From NCBI GenBank assembly GCA_041576165.1, contig JBFGLM010000013.1:27893-91892 (forward strand): a stretch of 64,000 nt of DNA, in the 5' to 3' direction. The notes below the pieces were generated by a model. That model saw only the letters and a program-made list of their open reading frames with translations. It had not been told where the DNA came from and made no database searches. This document shows positions 29,705 through 38,996 of this stretch, in pieces (positions within the stretch are counted from its first letter, which is position 1; every line of letters starts with the position of its first letter). This DNA comes from Acidimicrobiia bacterium. GTDB taxonomy: Bacteria; Actinomycetota; Acidimicrobiia; Spongiisociales; Spongiisociaceae. The translations under genes were made by a program, and so were the position numbers.

Positions 29705-30409
29705 GTGGATATCCAGGATCGCAGTGAATTCAAGCGCCAGATGGTCGACGCCCTGACGATCGACCCGGCTCGGACCGTCGCGTTGACTGTGGATATGCAG
29801 CGCGAGTATCTCGACGAGAGTGTCGGCCAGTCAGTCGTCGAGCCCGCCGAGGCCGAACGCGTCCTGGCCACGGCCAAGCATCACCTGGACCTGTGCCGAA
29901 GCATCGGTGTACCCGTCGTCCACGCCTACGTGACACGCCGTCCGGAGGAGCTCGCCGCAGGCATTCACACAGGCGGCCTCGCCTACAACATCGTCGGCCG
30001 CCAGATCGAGGCTTCGCAACTCCCCCACCGCCCAGTCCGGACTAGCGGCGACCGCGAGGTCGGATCCCCCGAGTCCAATGTACCGGCGGAACTGGTGGCG
30101 CCATCCGACGTACACGTGACCACCAAGAAAAGCCTCGACTCATTCGCACACACGGACCTGGATTTCCTGCTTCGACGGGCACTCGGTGCGCAGTACCTGC
30201 TCATCTCGGGCATCAACACCGACACCTGTGTGTACTCCACAACATTCACCGCAGCCAACCTGGGGTACTGGCCGATCGTCGTCTCCGACTGCGTGGCCAG
30301 CATGCGAGGCCGCGACAGCCACGAGATGGCGCTCGAGCTGATGGCACGGTCGATCGCTTGGGTCATGTCATCTGACGAAGTGCACCAACGCCTCGCGCCG
30401 CCGGCGTGA
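29705..30409 (+). CDS. Isochorismatase-family cysteine hydrolase
   Basis: LTVDMQ, TKKSLDSF, GINTDTCVYST catalytic Asp/Lys/Cys. Confidence 0.88.
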   Translation: MDIQDRSEFKRQMVDALTIDPARTVALTVDMQREYLDESVGQSVVEPAEAERVLATAKHHLDLCRSIGVPVVHAYVTRRPEELAAGIHTGGLAYNIVGRQIEASQLPHRPVRTSGDREVGSPESNVPAELVAPSDVHVTTKKSLDSFAHTDLDFLLRRALGAQYLLISGINTDTCVYSTTFTAANLGYWPIVVSDCVASMRGRDSHEMALELMARSIAWVMSSDEVHQRLAPPA

Positions 30410-30427
30410 ACCATCGACGAGCGGCGG

Positions 30428-31141
30428 TCAGCTAGGCCGGCGCTTGGCCAACTCGGGGATGCCGGTAATCTTGTCGTCGTCTAGATGGTCCCACAGCACC
30501 CCGGCCGGGCGGGATAGCCTTCCGTCGGTCGTGATGGATTCCGCTGGTGTGACCACGAGGTCGACCGGGAAATCGTGTTCCGTGACCGGGATCCGGCCCG
30601 CCTCCAGCACCTGGACGGGGTGAACGGTGGTGGCAGTCACCGTGCGATCGGTGACCAGACCCGCGTCCATCGCAAAGGCGAACTCCAGATCAGAGAACCC
30701 GCCGCCCTTCCCGAGTCGCGCTCCGGTTCGATCCACCGCCACCGAGCCGCACACCACCAGATCGAGGTGGCCGATCGCAGCCACTTCCACCGGCTCCCCG
30801 TGAATGGCGGCGCCTTTGATCGAGCACGCAGCTCGAGGCGGCACGGTCAGCTTGTCGGGATCCAGACGCCAGAACGGGCGGTCGGATGCCAGTCGAGGGA
30901 CGGCCATGTAGACCGTCTTGCCGTCTTGCAACGCCCGGGTGCGCACCGGCCACTGCGGCGAATCCGGGTTGGCTTTGATCGCGCTGGCCCGCTCCCATGC
31001 GTCGGTTTCGGCGAGACGGCCGGCCGCCTCCTCGGCGCCGACGAAGTTCGGGATGCGCCCGGCAATCCCGGGGAAGCGCCCGACCCCAGCGACTCGAATT
31101 GCCTCCCACACTTCGGCGCGGAGATCCTGTTTCGTCGTCAT
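30428..31141 (-). CDS. 5-formyltetrahydrofolate cyclo-ligase family (MTHFSD/archaeal-like paralog)
   Basis: RIPNFVGA, KANPDSPQ, GARLGKGGGFSDLE, HDFPVDLVVTP. Confidence 0.85.
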   Translation of the reverse strand: MTTKQDLRAEVWEAIRVAGVGRFPGIAGRIPNFVGAEEAAGRLAETDAWERASAIKANPDSPQWPVRTRALQDGKTVYMAVPRLASDRPFWRLDPDKLTVPPRAACSIKGAAIHGEPVEVAAIGHLDLVVCGSVAVDRTGARLGKGGGFSDLEFAFAMDAGLVTDRTVTATTVHPVQVLEAGRIPVTEHDFPVDLVVTPAESITTDGRLSRPAGVLWDHLDDDKITGIPELAKRRPS

Positions 31142-31356
31142 CCGCCCGACCGGAACACCACGACCGGCAACCGCACCATGCCGACGTGGATCATGCGGGA
31201 CCGGGGTTGTCGCGGCACGGACAGCGGCCGCCGTCCGGACCGGTCGCAGGGAAAGGACCCGGTCGGCGCATCGCACATCCAGCAGTAGCCGCCAGTCACG
31301 GCCGGAACGCTACTCCCGCTCGCAGTCGCCAGGGTGCGGCCGTCTTCCTGAAGCAC

Positions 31357-31415
31357 GGGTCGTGACTGCGGGCGGTTTACACTCGCTCGGGAACGGCCGG
31401 GGTCCGCGCTGGACC
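31357..31415 (+). ncRNA. Candidate ZMP/ZTP (pfl) riboswitch-like aptamer variant
   Basis: GGGUCGUGACUGCG...GGGAACGGCC P1, internal P2, GUC-CGCGCUG-GAC P3; lies about 30 nt upstream of purF. Confidence 0.4.
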
Positions 31416-31445
31416 GCCGCGCGAGGATCAAGACATCAGGGCGGA

Positions 31446-32921
31446 ATGAAACGACCATCTCCCAGCGAGCCGGCGAGCGCAGCCGGCGACCACCAGCCCG
31501 TGGACATCCAACGTCCGGGGGAAGCCTGCGGCGTGTTCGGCGTGTACGTGCCCCAGTCTGACCAGGCGGCCAACCTGATCTACTTCGGGCTCTTCGCTCT
31601 CCAGCACCGCGGCCAGGAGTGTGCGGGAATCGCGACCTCTGATGGTGAAACGGTGACGGTCACCAAGAACATGGGTCTCGTCGCTCAGGTGTTCGACGAG
31701 GCCATTCTTGCCGGCCAGCCGGGCCACCTGGGCATCGGGCACACCCGCTATTCCACGACCGGCTCGAATCGCTGGGAGAACGCCCAGCCGGTCTATCGCC
31801 ACATCGGCACCACCGGCCTGGCGTTGGGCCACAACGGCAACCTGACGAACACGGCGGCGCTCGCCCACCGCTACGGAGAACAGCTCGGCTCGTCCGATAG
31901 CGAGTTGATGCTCGAGGCGATCGCCCGGCGTTTCCAGGACGGCCGATCGGACGGCCGAGGTCTGGAACGAGCATTGCTCAAAGCGTTGCCCGAGTTCCAG
32001 GGGGCGTTCTCACTCGTGGTGATGGACCAGGGGCACCTGGTCGGGGTACGCGACCCTCATGGCTTCCGGCCCTTGTGCGTCGGCCGCGTCGACGGTGCTG
32101 GCTGGGTGCTGGCCTCTGAAACGGCAGCGCTCGACATCATCGGCGCTGAGTTCGTGCGAGAGGTTGAAGCGGGCGAGATGGTGGTCATCGATGCCATCGG
32201 TTTGCGTAGCCTGCGGCCATTCCCACCCGATGAGCCGGCTCTATGCGTGTTCGAGTTTGTGTACTTCGCTCGGCCGGACTCCAACCTGTACGGACGCAGC
32301 GTCCACAGCGCCCGCCTCCGGATGGGCCGGACGCTGGCCCAAGAGGCGCCCATCGATGCCGACGTCGTGGTGCCGGTGCCCGAGTCGGGGATTCCGGCCG
32401 CACAGGGCTTCTCGGCCCATTCGGGCATCCCGTATGTGGATGGACTGGTCAAGAATCGATACGTGGGCCGCACTTTCATCCAACCGCTGCAGATGCTGCG
32501 CGACCGTGGCATCCGGATGAAACTGAACCCGATCCCTGCGACCCTGGAGGGCAGACGGGTGGTGCTGGTGGACGACTCGATCGTGCGGGGGACCACGACT
32601 CGCAAGCTGGTGGAGATGGTGCGTGATGCCGGCGCCACCGAGGTGCATCTGCGGATCTCCTCGCCGCCGTACCGCTGGCCGTGCTTCTACGGCATGGACA
32701 CCACCGATCGGTCACAACTCCTGGCCGCCGAGCGCACAGTGGACGAGGTGTGCGAGTTCGTGGGAGCCGATTCTTTGGCCTACCTGTCGCTGTCCGGCCT
32801 CGAACAGGCCACCGGAGCCGCCGACGCCGGCTTCTGCTCCGCGTGTCTGTCGGGCACCTACCCGACAGACGTTCCACCTGAACTCTCCAAGGCCGTCCTC
32901 GAGGGACAGCCGCAGGGCTGA
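31446..32921 (+). CDS. purF: Amidophosphoribosyltransferase
   Basis: Propeptide then CGVFG; LQHRGQE, GHTRYST, VDDSIVRGTT, PCFYGMD, FCSAC. Confidence 0.97.
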   Translation: MKRPSPSEPASAAGDHQPVDIQRPGEACGVFGVYVPQSDQAANLIYFGLFALQHRGQECAGIATSDGETVTVTKNMGLVAQVFDEAILAGQPGHLGIGHTRYSTTGSNRWENAQPVYRHIGTTGLALGHNGNLTNTAALAHRYGEQLGSSDSELMLEAIARRFQDGRSDGRGLERALLKALPEFQGAFSLVVMDQGHLVGVRDPHGFRPLCVGRVDGAGWVLASETAALDIIGAEFVREVEAGEMVVIDAIGLRSLRPFPPDEPALCVFEFVYFARPDSNLYGRSVHSARLRMGRTLAQEAPIDADVVVPVPESGIPAAQGFSAHSGIPYVDGLVKNRYVGRTFIQPLQMLRDRGIRMKLNPIPATLEGRRVVLVDDSIVRGTTTRKLVEMVRDAGATEVHLRISSPPYRWPCFYGMDTTDRSQLLAAERTVDEVCEFVGADSLAYLSLSGLEQATGAADAGFCSACLSGTYPTDVPPELSKAVLEGQPQG

Positions 32922-32925
32922 CGCG

Positions 32926-33969
32926 ATGAGTGAGGCCTACCGGGCAGCTGGAGTCGACATTGCGGAAGCCGAGGCACTCGTGGAGGAACTCCGGTCCACC
33001 GTGATGGCCACGTGGGGCCCCAACGTGGTAGGGGGCTTCGGCGGCTTCGCCGGGGCCTTTCGGATACCGCCGGGCTACACCAATCCGGTACTCATGATGA
33101 CGACCGACGGCGTCGGTACCAAGCTCGATCTGGCACGGCGGGCCGATCGGTTCGACGGGGTCGGGTGGGACCTGGTTGCGATGTGCGTGGATGATCTCGC
33201 TGCGGCCGGCGCGGCCCCGCTCGCCTTCACCGACTACCTGGCCGTCGGGTCGATTCGCCGCAGCCGCGACGCGGCGATCGTTGCGTCCATCGCCGCTGCC
33301 TGCCAGACCGCCGGATGTGCACTGGTCGGAGGCGAAACCGCCGAACATCCGGGGACCATGCCCGCTGATGCGTTCGACCTGGCCGGGGCGGCAGTGGGCG
33401 TTGCGGAGGAAGGCCGGATGGTGACCGGCCAGGCGGTGGTTCCGGGTGATCTGGTCTTGGGCATCGCCTCGCCCAACCTCAGGTCCAACGGGTTCTCGCT
33501 CGTCCGACGGGTGATCGGCGACCGAGATCTCACAGCAAGATTCCCGGGCGACGACCGCACCATCGCCGAAGTGTTGCTGGAGCCGTCCGTGATCTACGCA
33601 CCGGCGGTGCTCGAAGCAGTCGCCACCGAGGGCGTCAAGGGTCTCGCTCACATCACCGGTGGGGGCCTGGCCGCCAACCTCCCACGGGCGCTCCCGGCCG
33701 GGATGACCGCGGTGCTCGACCGGTCGAGCTGGACACCGCCGCCCGTGTTCGGCACGCTGCAGGAAATGGGCGACCTCGACGCCAATGACATGTATTCGGT
33801 CTTCAACATGGGTGTTGGATTCACGGTCGTTGCGTCCCCCCGGCGCCGGGACGTCGTCAGTGCAGCGTTGGCCGCCCACGGCCACGAGGTTGCTGTGATC
33901 GGGGAGATCATTGCCGGTGAGGGCGGGGTGCGGTGGTCCGGCGGGCATCCCGGGGGCGCAGGGCACTGA
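32926..33969 (+). CDS. purM: AIR synthase
   Basis: YRAAGVD, TDGVGTK, GGETAEHPG, HITGGGL, FNMGVG. Confidence 0.96.
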   Translation: MSEAYRAAGVDIAEAEALVEELRSTVMATWGPNVVGGFGGFAGAFRIPPGYTNPVLMMTTDGVGTKLDLARRADRFDGVGWDLVAMCVDDLAAAGAAPLAFTDYLAVGSIRRSRDAAIVASIAAACQTAGCALVGGETAEHPGTMPADAFDLAGAAVGVAEEGRMVTGQAVVPGDLVLGIASPNLRSNGFSLVRRVIGDRDLTARFPGDDRTIAEVLLEPSVIYAPAVLEAVATEGVKGLAHITGGGLAANLPRALPAGMTAVLDRSSWTPPPVFGTLQEMGDLDANDMYSVFNMGVGFTVVASPRRRDVVSAALAAHGHEVAVIGEIIAGEGGVRWSGGHPGGAGH

Positions 33970-34010
33970 TCCGCTCAGCCTTTGCCGCCTCCGAGCCGAA
34001 ACAACCAACG

Positions 34011-37000
34011 GTGACCAGGTCTCGTCTTCTCATAGGCTCTCTCGTGGCGGCACTCCTTGCGTCTGCCTGCACTCGGGACCGAGTGGACGCTGTCCCAGTC
34101 ACGGCGGCAACGTCTCCGCCGACTACCCAGGCCAGCACCACTACCGCCACAGAGCCGCTGGCCGATCCCCACGGCCTCAACCGGCGGACTGCACCGCCGT
34201 ACGACCCCGTCGACTGGTATCTGAGCCATGGACTCCTCACCGCCGACGAGGTCGCCATTCCGACCCGCCCGCGCGCCAACGTCGGCGACACTGAGATTTT
34301 TCGCGTGGCGGACGAGTTTGGTGTAGCCGAGGTCGAGGCCGAACTCGTGCACGCAACCGGGACCGTGGCGATGTGGGTTGAAGCCGGCGCACCTTTGGAA
34401 GTGTCGGAATACGAGTACGCCGCCACGGTGCTCACCGAAGACATCCTGCCGACGCTCACTGATGTGTTCGGCCCGGTACCTTCGCCGGGAGTCGACGGAG
34501 ACGATCGGATCGATGTCTTGCACCTCACCACACTCGGGCCGACCGCCGGCGAGTTCGGCGCAGCCGATCTGCTGCCGGTGGCAATTGCGCCAGAATCCAA
34601 CGAGCGCGAGCTGCTCTACATCAGCCTGGAGGCAACAACCGTCGGGTCGGAGTACTACCTGGCCACCTTGGCGCACGAGTTGCAGCACCTCATCGACACC
34701 GGCCAGCGCTCCAACACGCCTTTGTGGCTGGCCGAGGGGTTGGCGCAGCTGGCCGAGCGTATGGCCGGCTACGACGCCATTCGCACCGACACCGAGTTCC
34801 TTTCCACGACGCCCGTCCAGCTCAACACCTGGGGTCCGCTGCAGCTCGATGGACGCCACTACGGCGCGGCCTATCTCTTCTCTCTGTATTTGTGGGAGCG
34901 ATTCGGGGACGAGGTGGCGACTGCCATTGCCACGACCCGCTACGACGGTATGGCGGCGGTAGATGCGGCTCTGGCCGACCGCGGGACCAACGTGCAGGCG
35001 CTCTTTGGGGATTGGATCGTGGCGAACTATCTCGACGATCCCCAGCTCGATCCCAGATTCGGGTACAGCTCCGACGCGTTGCGGCCCATTTGCCCAGTGG
35101 ATCGTATCGAGGCACTGCCGCACGCTGTGACCGGCCAGAGCGACCAGTTCGCAGCTCGCTATCACGTGCTCGAAGGGTCGGGCGATGTAACGGTTCGCTT
35201 TGCCGGGGCTGAAACGGCGGGCCCGATCCCCGATCTGCCCCATCGCGGACTGTGGATGTGGTGGTCGGGCCGTTCGGACAACTCCGCCACGAGTCTCACG
35301 CGCTCCTTCGACCTCTCGGGCCTGACCGAGGCCAGTTTGGAGTTTCGGATCTGGCACGACACCGGTTTGGGAGACAACGCGCTCGTCTCGGCGTCGGTGG
35401 ACCAGGGACGTACGTGGACGGCCCTCGAGGGCCGTCACACTTCGCCCCCCACGCCGACCTTTCCCGTCCCCTCGTATACCGGCACCTCCGGGCGCGGCGA
35501 GGAACCGGTTTGGGTGGGAGATCGCATGGATCTCACTGCATATGCCGGGGGCGAGGTCATGATCCGCTTCGAGTACATCACCGACCTGTTCGAGAACCGG
35601 GCCGGGATGGCACTGGACGAGATCGAGGTCCCCGAACTCGGTTTCCGAGACGGGGGCGAGGAAGAAACCGACTGGGTGGCCGAAGGCTTCACCCGCATCC
35701 CCGGCACTCTCGAGCAGCCATGGATCGTCCGGGTCGTGAATCCGGCAGATCCCAGTGTTGTCAGCGACGTGGCATTGGAGCAGGCTCGCGGGTCGATTCC
35801 GGTGAGCCTCACTGCGGGCACGCCGGCCGCGATTGTCGTAGCGCCTGTGGCCCTGGCGACGGCAGTGCCAACGAGTTACGAGCTGACAGTCGATGGCGGC
35901 GCCACGCTCGTTCAAACCGGAAGCAACGTTGACGAGTTCGGTGATCCGTGTGCCGGCTGGGATCTCGAAACCCAGGGCGACTATGCGCTCCGCCTCGATG
36001 ACGGCCGTCTGGCCATCGACCTCATGGAAGATCAGGTCTTCACGTGGTCGGCGCGGGAGGGATACCGCGAGGACTCGGTCGTGACCGCCACGACCCAGTT
36101 TGGAGACGACATCGGGGCCGATGGAGCCGCCGGGATGATGTGCCGGCTCTCCAACGCCGGGTACTACGACGTCGAAGTTGCGGCCGATGGCTACGTGTTC
36201 GCCGGCGTTGCGTTCGGGGACGACTACGAGGTATTGCATGACTGGACACCAAGCGACGCGGTGCAGACGGGTGACGGTGCCGTCAACGCGTTGTCCCTGT
36301 CATGTCTCGGCGACCGAATCAGCCTGGACGTCAACGGGCAAACCGTGATCGACTTGACCGATTCTCGTTTGGTCGGCGGCCAGATCGCCTTGAGCGCAGC
36401 ATCGTTCGAACAGTCGGGCTTCACGATCTGGTACGACGACGTCGAGATCACCGGTCAGGACCCAACCAGCCTGGAACAGCTGGTCAGCTTCGATGATTTT
36501 GAAGGCGACGCTGGTACCTGGACCGAAGAGGAGAACAGCCGCGGAGTGCTCGAGGCGGCCGGGGGACGGTATGTGGCCACCGTGCGCCCGGCCGATTGGG
36601 GTGTTGAGGGGTACGCGGCTGTTGATCTGAGCGACGTGGTCGTGGATCTCGACGTGACGGTGATCGAGAACAGCCCCGACGGATCCATCACGCTGAGTTG
36701 TCGCAACCAGCCCAACGGCGACCAGTACCTGTTCGCATTCGGGCTCGACGGCTTCGTGTCGATCTCCGCGTTCATCAACGGCAACCTGGAGATCCTGTCC
36801 GATTGGGATATGACCGGACAACTCTCAGCGGCCGTGGGGGACATCAATCATCTTCAGATGGAGTGTTCAGGATCCAACCTGCGCCTCGCTGCCAACGGCG
36901 TCGACATCGCCGCGGCTTTCGACGATCGGCTGGCCGGCGGCGACATCGGCGTCGGGCTGCTCACATTCGAACATGGCAACTACATCGTCGCCTTCGACAA

Positions 37001-37025
37001 CATCCTGATCCGCCGCGCCGGGTGA
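34011..37025 (+). CDS. Lipoprotein metallopeptidase (immune inhibitor A/M6-M30-like) with two C-terminal beta-sandwich repeats
   Basis: Lipobox ASAC; LAHELQH plus WLAEGLA; DLTAYAG..VMIRFEYITD; duplicated roughly 175-aa C-terminal domain. Confidence 0.75.
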   Translation: MTRSRLLIGSLVAALLASACTRDRVDAVPVTAATSPPTTQASTTTATEPLADPHGLNRRTAPPYDPVDWYLSHGLLTADEVAIPTRPRANVGDTEIFRVADEFGVAEVEAELVHATGTVAMWVEAGAPLEVSEYEYAATVLTEDILPTLTDVFGPVPSPGVDGDDRIDVLHLTTLGPTAGEFGAADLLPVAIAPESNERELLYISLEATTVGSEYYLATLAHELQHLIDTGQRSNTPLWLAEGLAQLAERMAGYDAIRTDTEFLSTTPVQLNTWGPLQLDGRHYGAAYLFSLYLWERFGDEVATAIATTRYDGMAAVDAALADRGTNVQALFGDWIVANYLDDPQLDPRFGYSSDALRPICPVDRIEALPHAVTGQSDQFAARYHVLEGSGDVTVRFAGAETAGPIPDLPHRGLWMWWSGRSDNSATSLTRSFDLSGLTEASLEFRIWHDTGLGDNALVSASVDQGRTWTALEGRHTSPPTPTFPVPSYTGTSGRGEEPVWVGDRMDLTAYAGGEVMIRFEYITDLFENRAGMALDEIEVPELGFRDGGEEETDWVAEGFTRIPGTLEQPWIVRVVNPADPSVVSDVALEQARGSIPVSLTAGTPAAIVVAPVALATAVPTSYELTVDGGATLVQTGSNVDEFGDPCAGWDLETQGDYALRLDDGRLAIDLMEDQVFTWSAREGYREDSVVTATTQFGDDIGADGAAGMMCRLSNAGYYDVEVAADGYVFAGVAFGDDYEVLHDWTPSDAVQTGDGAVNALSLSCLGDRISLDVNGQTVIDLTDSRLVGGQIALSAASFEQSGFTIWYDDVEITGQDPTSLEQLVSFDDFEGDAGTWTEEENSRGVLEAAGGRYVATVRPADWGVEGYAAVDLSDVVVDLDVTVIENSPDGSITLSCRNQPNGDQYLFAFGLDGFVSISAFINGNLEILSDWDMTGQLSAAVGDINHLQMECSGSNLRLAANGVDIAAAFDDRLAGGDIGVGLLTFEHGNYIVAFDNILIRRAG

Positions 37026-37070
37026 TGTCCGACCGGCCAGTCGCCAGGCCGAGCCCGTTACCCGCGGGCT

Positions 37071-37086
37071 TGTGAAACATGGCACA
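37071..37086. promoter_or_regulatory. CRP/GlxR-like site
   Basis: TGTGA-AACATG-GCACA, 9/10 match to TGTGA-N6-TCACA, upstream of aminotransferase gene. Confidence 0.4.
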
Positions 37087-37213
37087 ATCGAGATGTGAAC
37101 AGTCGTGCGAGCGCAATGGGGCCGACACCACAGAACACCCGTCGCGCTTTGTTCGCGGCTCCATAGTCGTCTGCTCGGCATCAACCGAAAAAGCCGAGAG
37201 TGAGGAGCAGGCT

Positions 37214-38485
37214 ATGAAGAATTTTCTCGATCGGGCCTCGGTCATCGCGCCCGTTCTCGCCTTTGATACCGATATCGTCGCCGATCATGCCGCCGGGCTG
37301 TGGGTCACCGACTCGGCCGGTAACCGGTGGGCCGACTTCGCCTGTGGTACGGCAGTCACCAACCTGGGCCACAACCATCCCGCAGTCATTCGCGCCGCCC
37401 GCCACCAGCTCGAGCAGCTGGCCCACGCCGGCTGCGTGTTCCGGTACGAGTCCATGGTGGGGCTGGGCGAAGAGCTGCGCCGGATCACCCCCGGCGGGAT
37501 CGACATGTTCGGCTTTGCCAACTCCGGCGCCGAGGCGGTCGAGGCGGCGGTAAAGCTGGCCAAGTACACGACGGGCCGCCAGGCCATCGTCGCTTTCCGG
37601 GGCGCGTTCCACGGCCGCACCATGGGCGCCGTCTCCTATACGACATCGAACGCGAAATACCGTGACGGTTATCACCCGATCCTCGGTTCGGTGTTCGTTG
37701 CGCCGTTCCCCCACCCCTACCGATGGGGTTTGTCGGAGGAGGAATCGACCGAGCTGGCACTCTCCGAGCTGAGCCGGATGTTCAAGTACGAAGTCTCACC
37801 CGAAACCGTGGCGGCGTTACTGGTTGAGCCGGTTCAAGGCGAAGGGGGCTACTACCCGGCACCGGCCGCTTTCCTGCAGGCGCTGAGAGATCTGGCGGAT
37901 GAACACGGAATGTTGCTGGTGTTCGACGAAGTGCAGACAGGTTTCGGCAGGACGGCCGCCTGGTTTGGCGCCGACCATTACCGGGTCGACCCGGACATCA
38001 TCGCCATGGGCAAAGGCATCGCCAACGGGCTGCCGCTGTCCGCCTACGGCGCGCCGGCGGATGTTCTGAGCGAGTGGCCGGTGGGAGCCCACGGCACCAC
38101 CTTTGGCGGAAACCCGGTGGCGTGCGCCGCTGGAGTGGCGGTGGTCGAAGCAATGGAGCCGCTCCTGGGACCGGCCGCGGACCTCGGGGCGCATGCGCTC
38201 GAGCGTTTCACCAAGGCGATGCAGGACCACCCCACCATTGGCGATGTGCGGGGCCTGGGATTGATGATCGGGGTGGAGTTGGTGCGGGACCCCGGGACCC
38301 GGGAACCCGATGCCGAAGCGATGCAGGCGGTGATGCGGCACGGCCTCGAGCATGAGCTGATCGTGATCCCCTGCGGACCAGACGGCAATGTGATCCGGTT
38401 CATCCCGCCACTGATCGCAACCACAGACGACGTTGATACGGCAATCGACGTGATCCAATCAGCGCTGCGCGCCTACGAACATTGA
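37214..38485 (+). CDS. Class III PLP aminotransferase (GabT-like)
   Basis: GAGGAG RBS; NSGAEAVEAA, FHGRT, EPVQGEGG, FDEVQTGFGRT, MGKG, HGTTFGGNP. Confidence 0.92.
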   Translation: MKNFLDRASVIAPVLAFDTDIVADHAAGLWVTDSAGNRWADFACGTAVTNLGHNHPAVIRAARHQLEQLAHAGCVFRYESMVGLGEELRRITPGGIDMFGFANSGAEAVEAAVKLAKYTTGRQAIVAFRGAFHGRTMGAVSYTTSNAKYRDGYHPILGSVFVAPFPHPYRWGLSEEESTELALSELSRMFKYEVSPETVAALLVEPVQGEGGYYPAPAAFLQALRDLADEHGMLLVFDEVQTGFGRTAAWFGADHYRVDPDIIAMGKGIANGLPLSAYGAPADVLSEWPVGAHGTTFGGNPVACAAGVAVVEAMEPLLGPAADLGAHALERFTKAMQDHPTIGDVRGLGLMIGVELVRDPGTREPDAEAMQAVMRHGLEHELIVIPCGPDGNVIRFIPPLIATTDDVDTAIDVIQSALRAYEH

Positions 38486-38927
38486 GCAGGCGCCCTGACC
38501 GTTTCGAGTCGCCTCGCCGGACGTCAAGCATGCAAGGCCGCGGGAACCTCCCGGCACCTTCGAGCGTCATAGGAGCAACGACGCCCTCTCCCCTCCCGGC
38601 GTCGGAAGGGCGGCGGTGCGACCTTGCGGGCGCACTGCGGGTCGTCGCCTCCACCTTCCCAGGGCGACGGCGCAGGGTGGTCGAGCAGGACGAGAATCTG
38701 CGGCCGGTTGGGTGGGTTGGGCGATCTTGCCCGGTCGGCGCGGAACCGGCTCGACCACCGCCGCCCGCACTAGCCCCAGGTTCCGTCATTCTGTCGGCAA
38801 ATATTCACTCTTCGCGGCCGAAATAGCGCAGCATGTTGTGCACAAGCGCACGCCATCCACTACAAATAGGACAAGCCGGTTTGTCCCTGGCGAGGGCACC
38901 CGAACATCTGGGCCCTCGGACCGGCGT

Positions 38928-38953
38928 GGAAGGCCATCTAGCGATGGCCTTCC
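38928..38953. terminator. Intrinsic terminator-like hairpin
   Basis: GGAAGGCCATC-TAGC-GATGGCCTTCC 11-bp stem, just downstream of the lnt stop. Confidence 0.65.
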
Positions 38954-38996
38954 GCCTTTGGCCTTTCTGCGCCGGCCGGATGTGTTCGGCCCGAGC

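Noticed and set aside
31142-31300. 6S RNA upstream of the 5-formyl-THF cyclo-ligase-like gene (ssrS-ygfA synteny)
   Set aside because: No convincing long rod with a central bubble found by eye, and the gene is the MTHFSD-like paralog rather than YgfA.
38400-38789. 129-aa minus-strand ORF in the aminotransferase-lnt gap
   Set aside because: Arg/Pro/Gly-rich, no motif or RBS, overlaps the aminotransferase end; RNA structure is the better explanation.
38836-38844. DnaA box / oriC (TTGTGCACA)
   Set aside because: Single mismatched box, no cluster, no dnaA/dnaN context.
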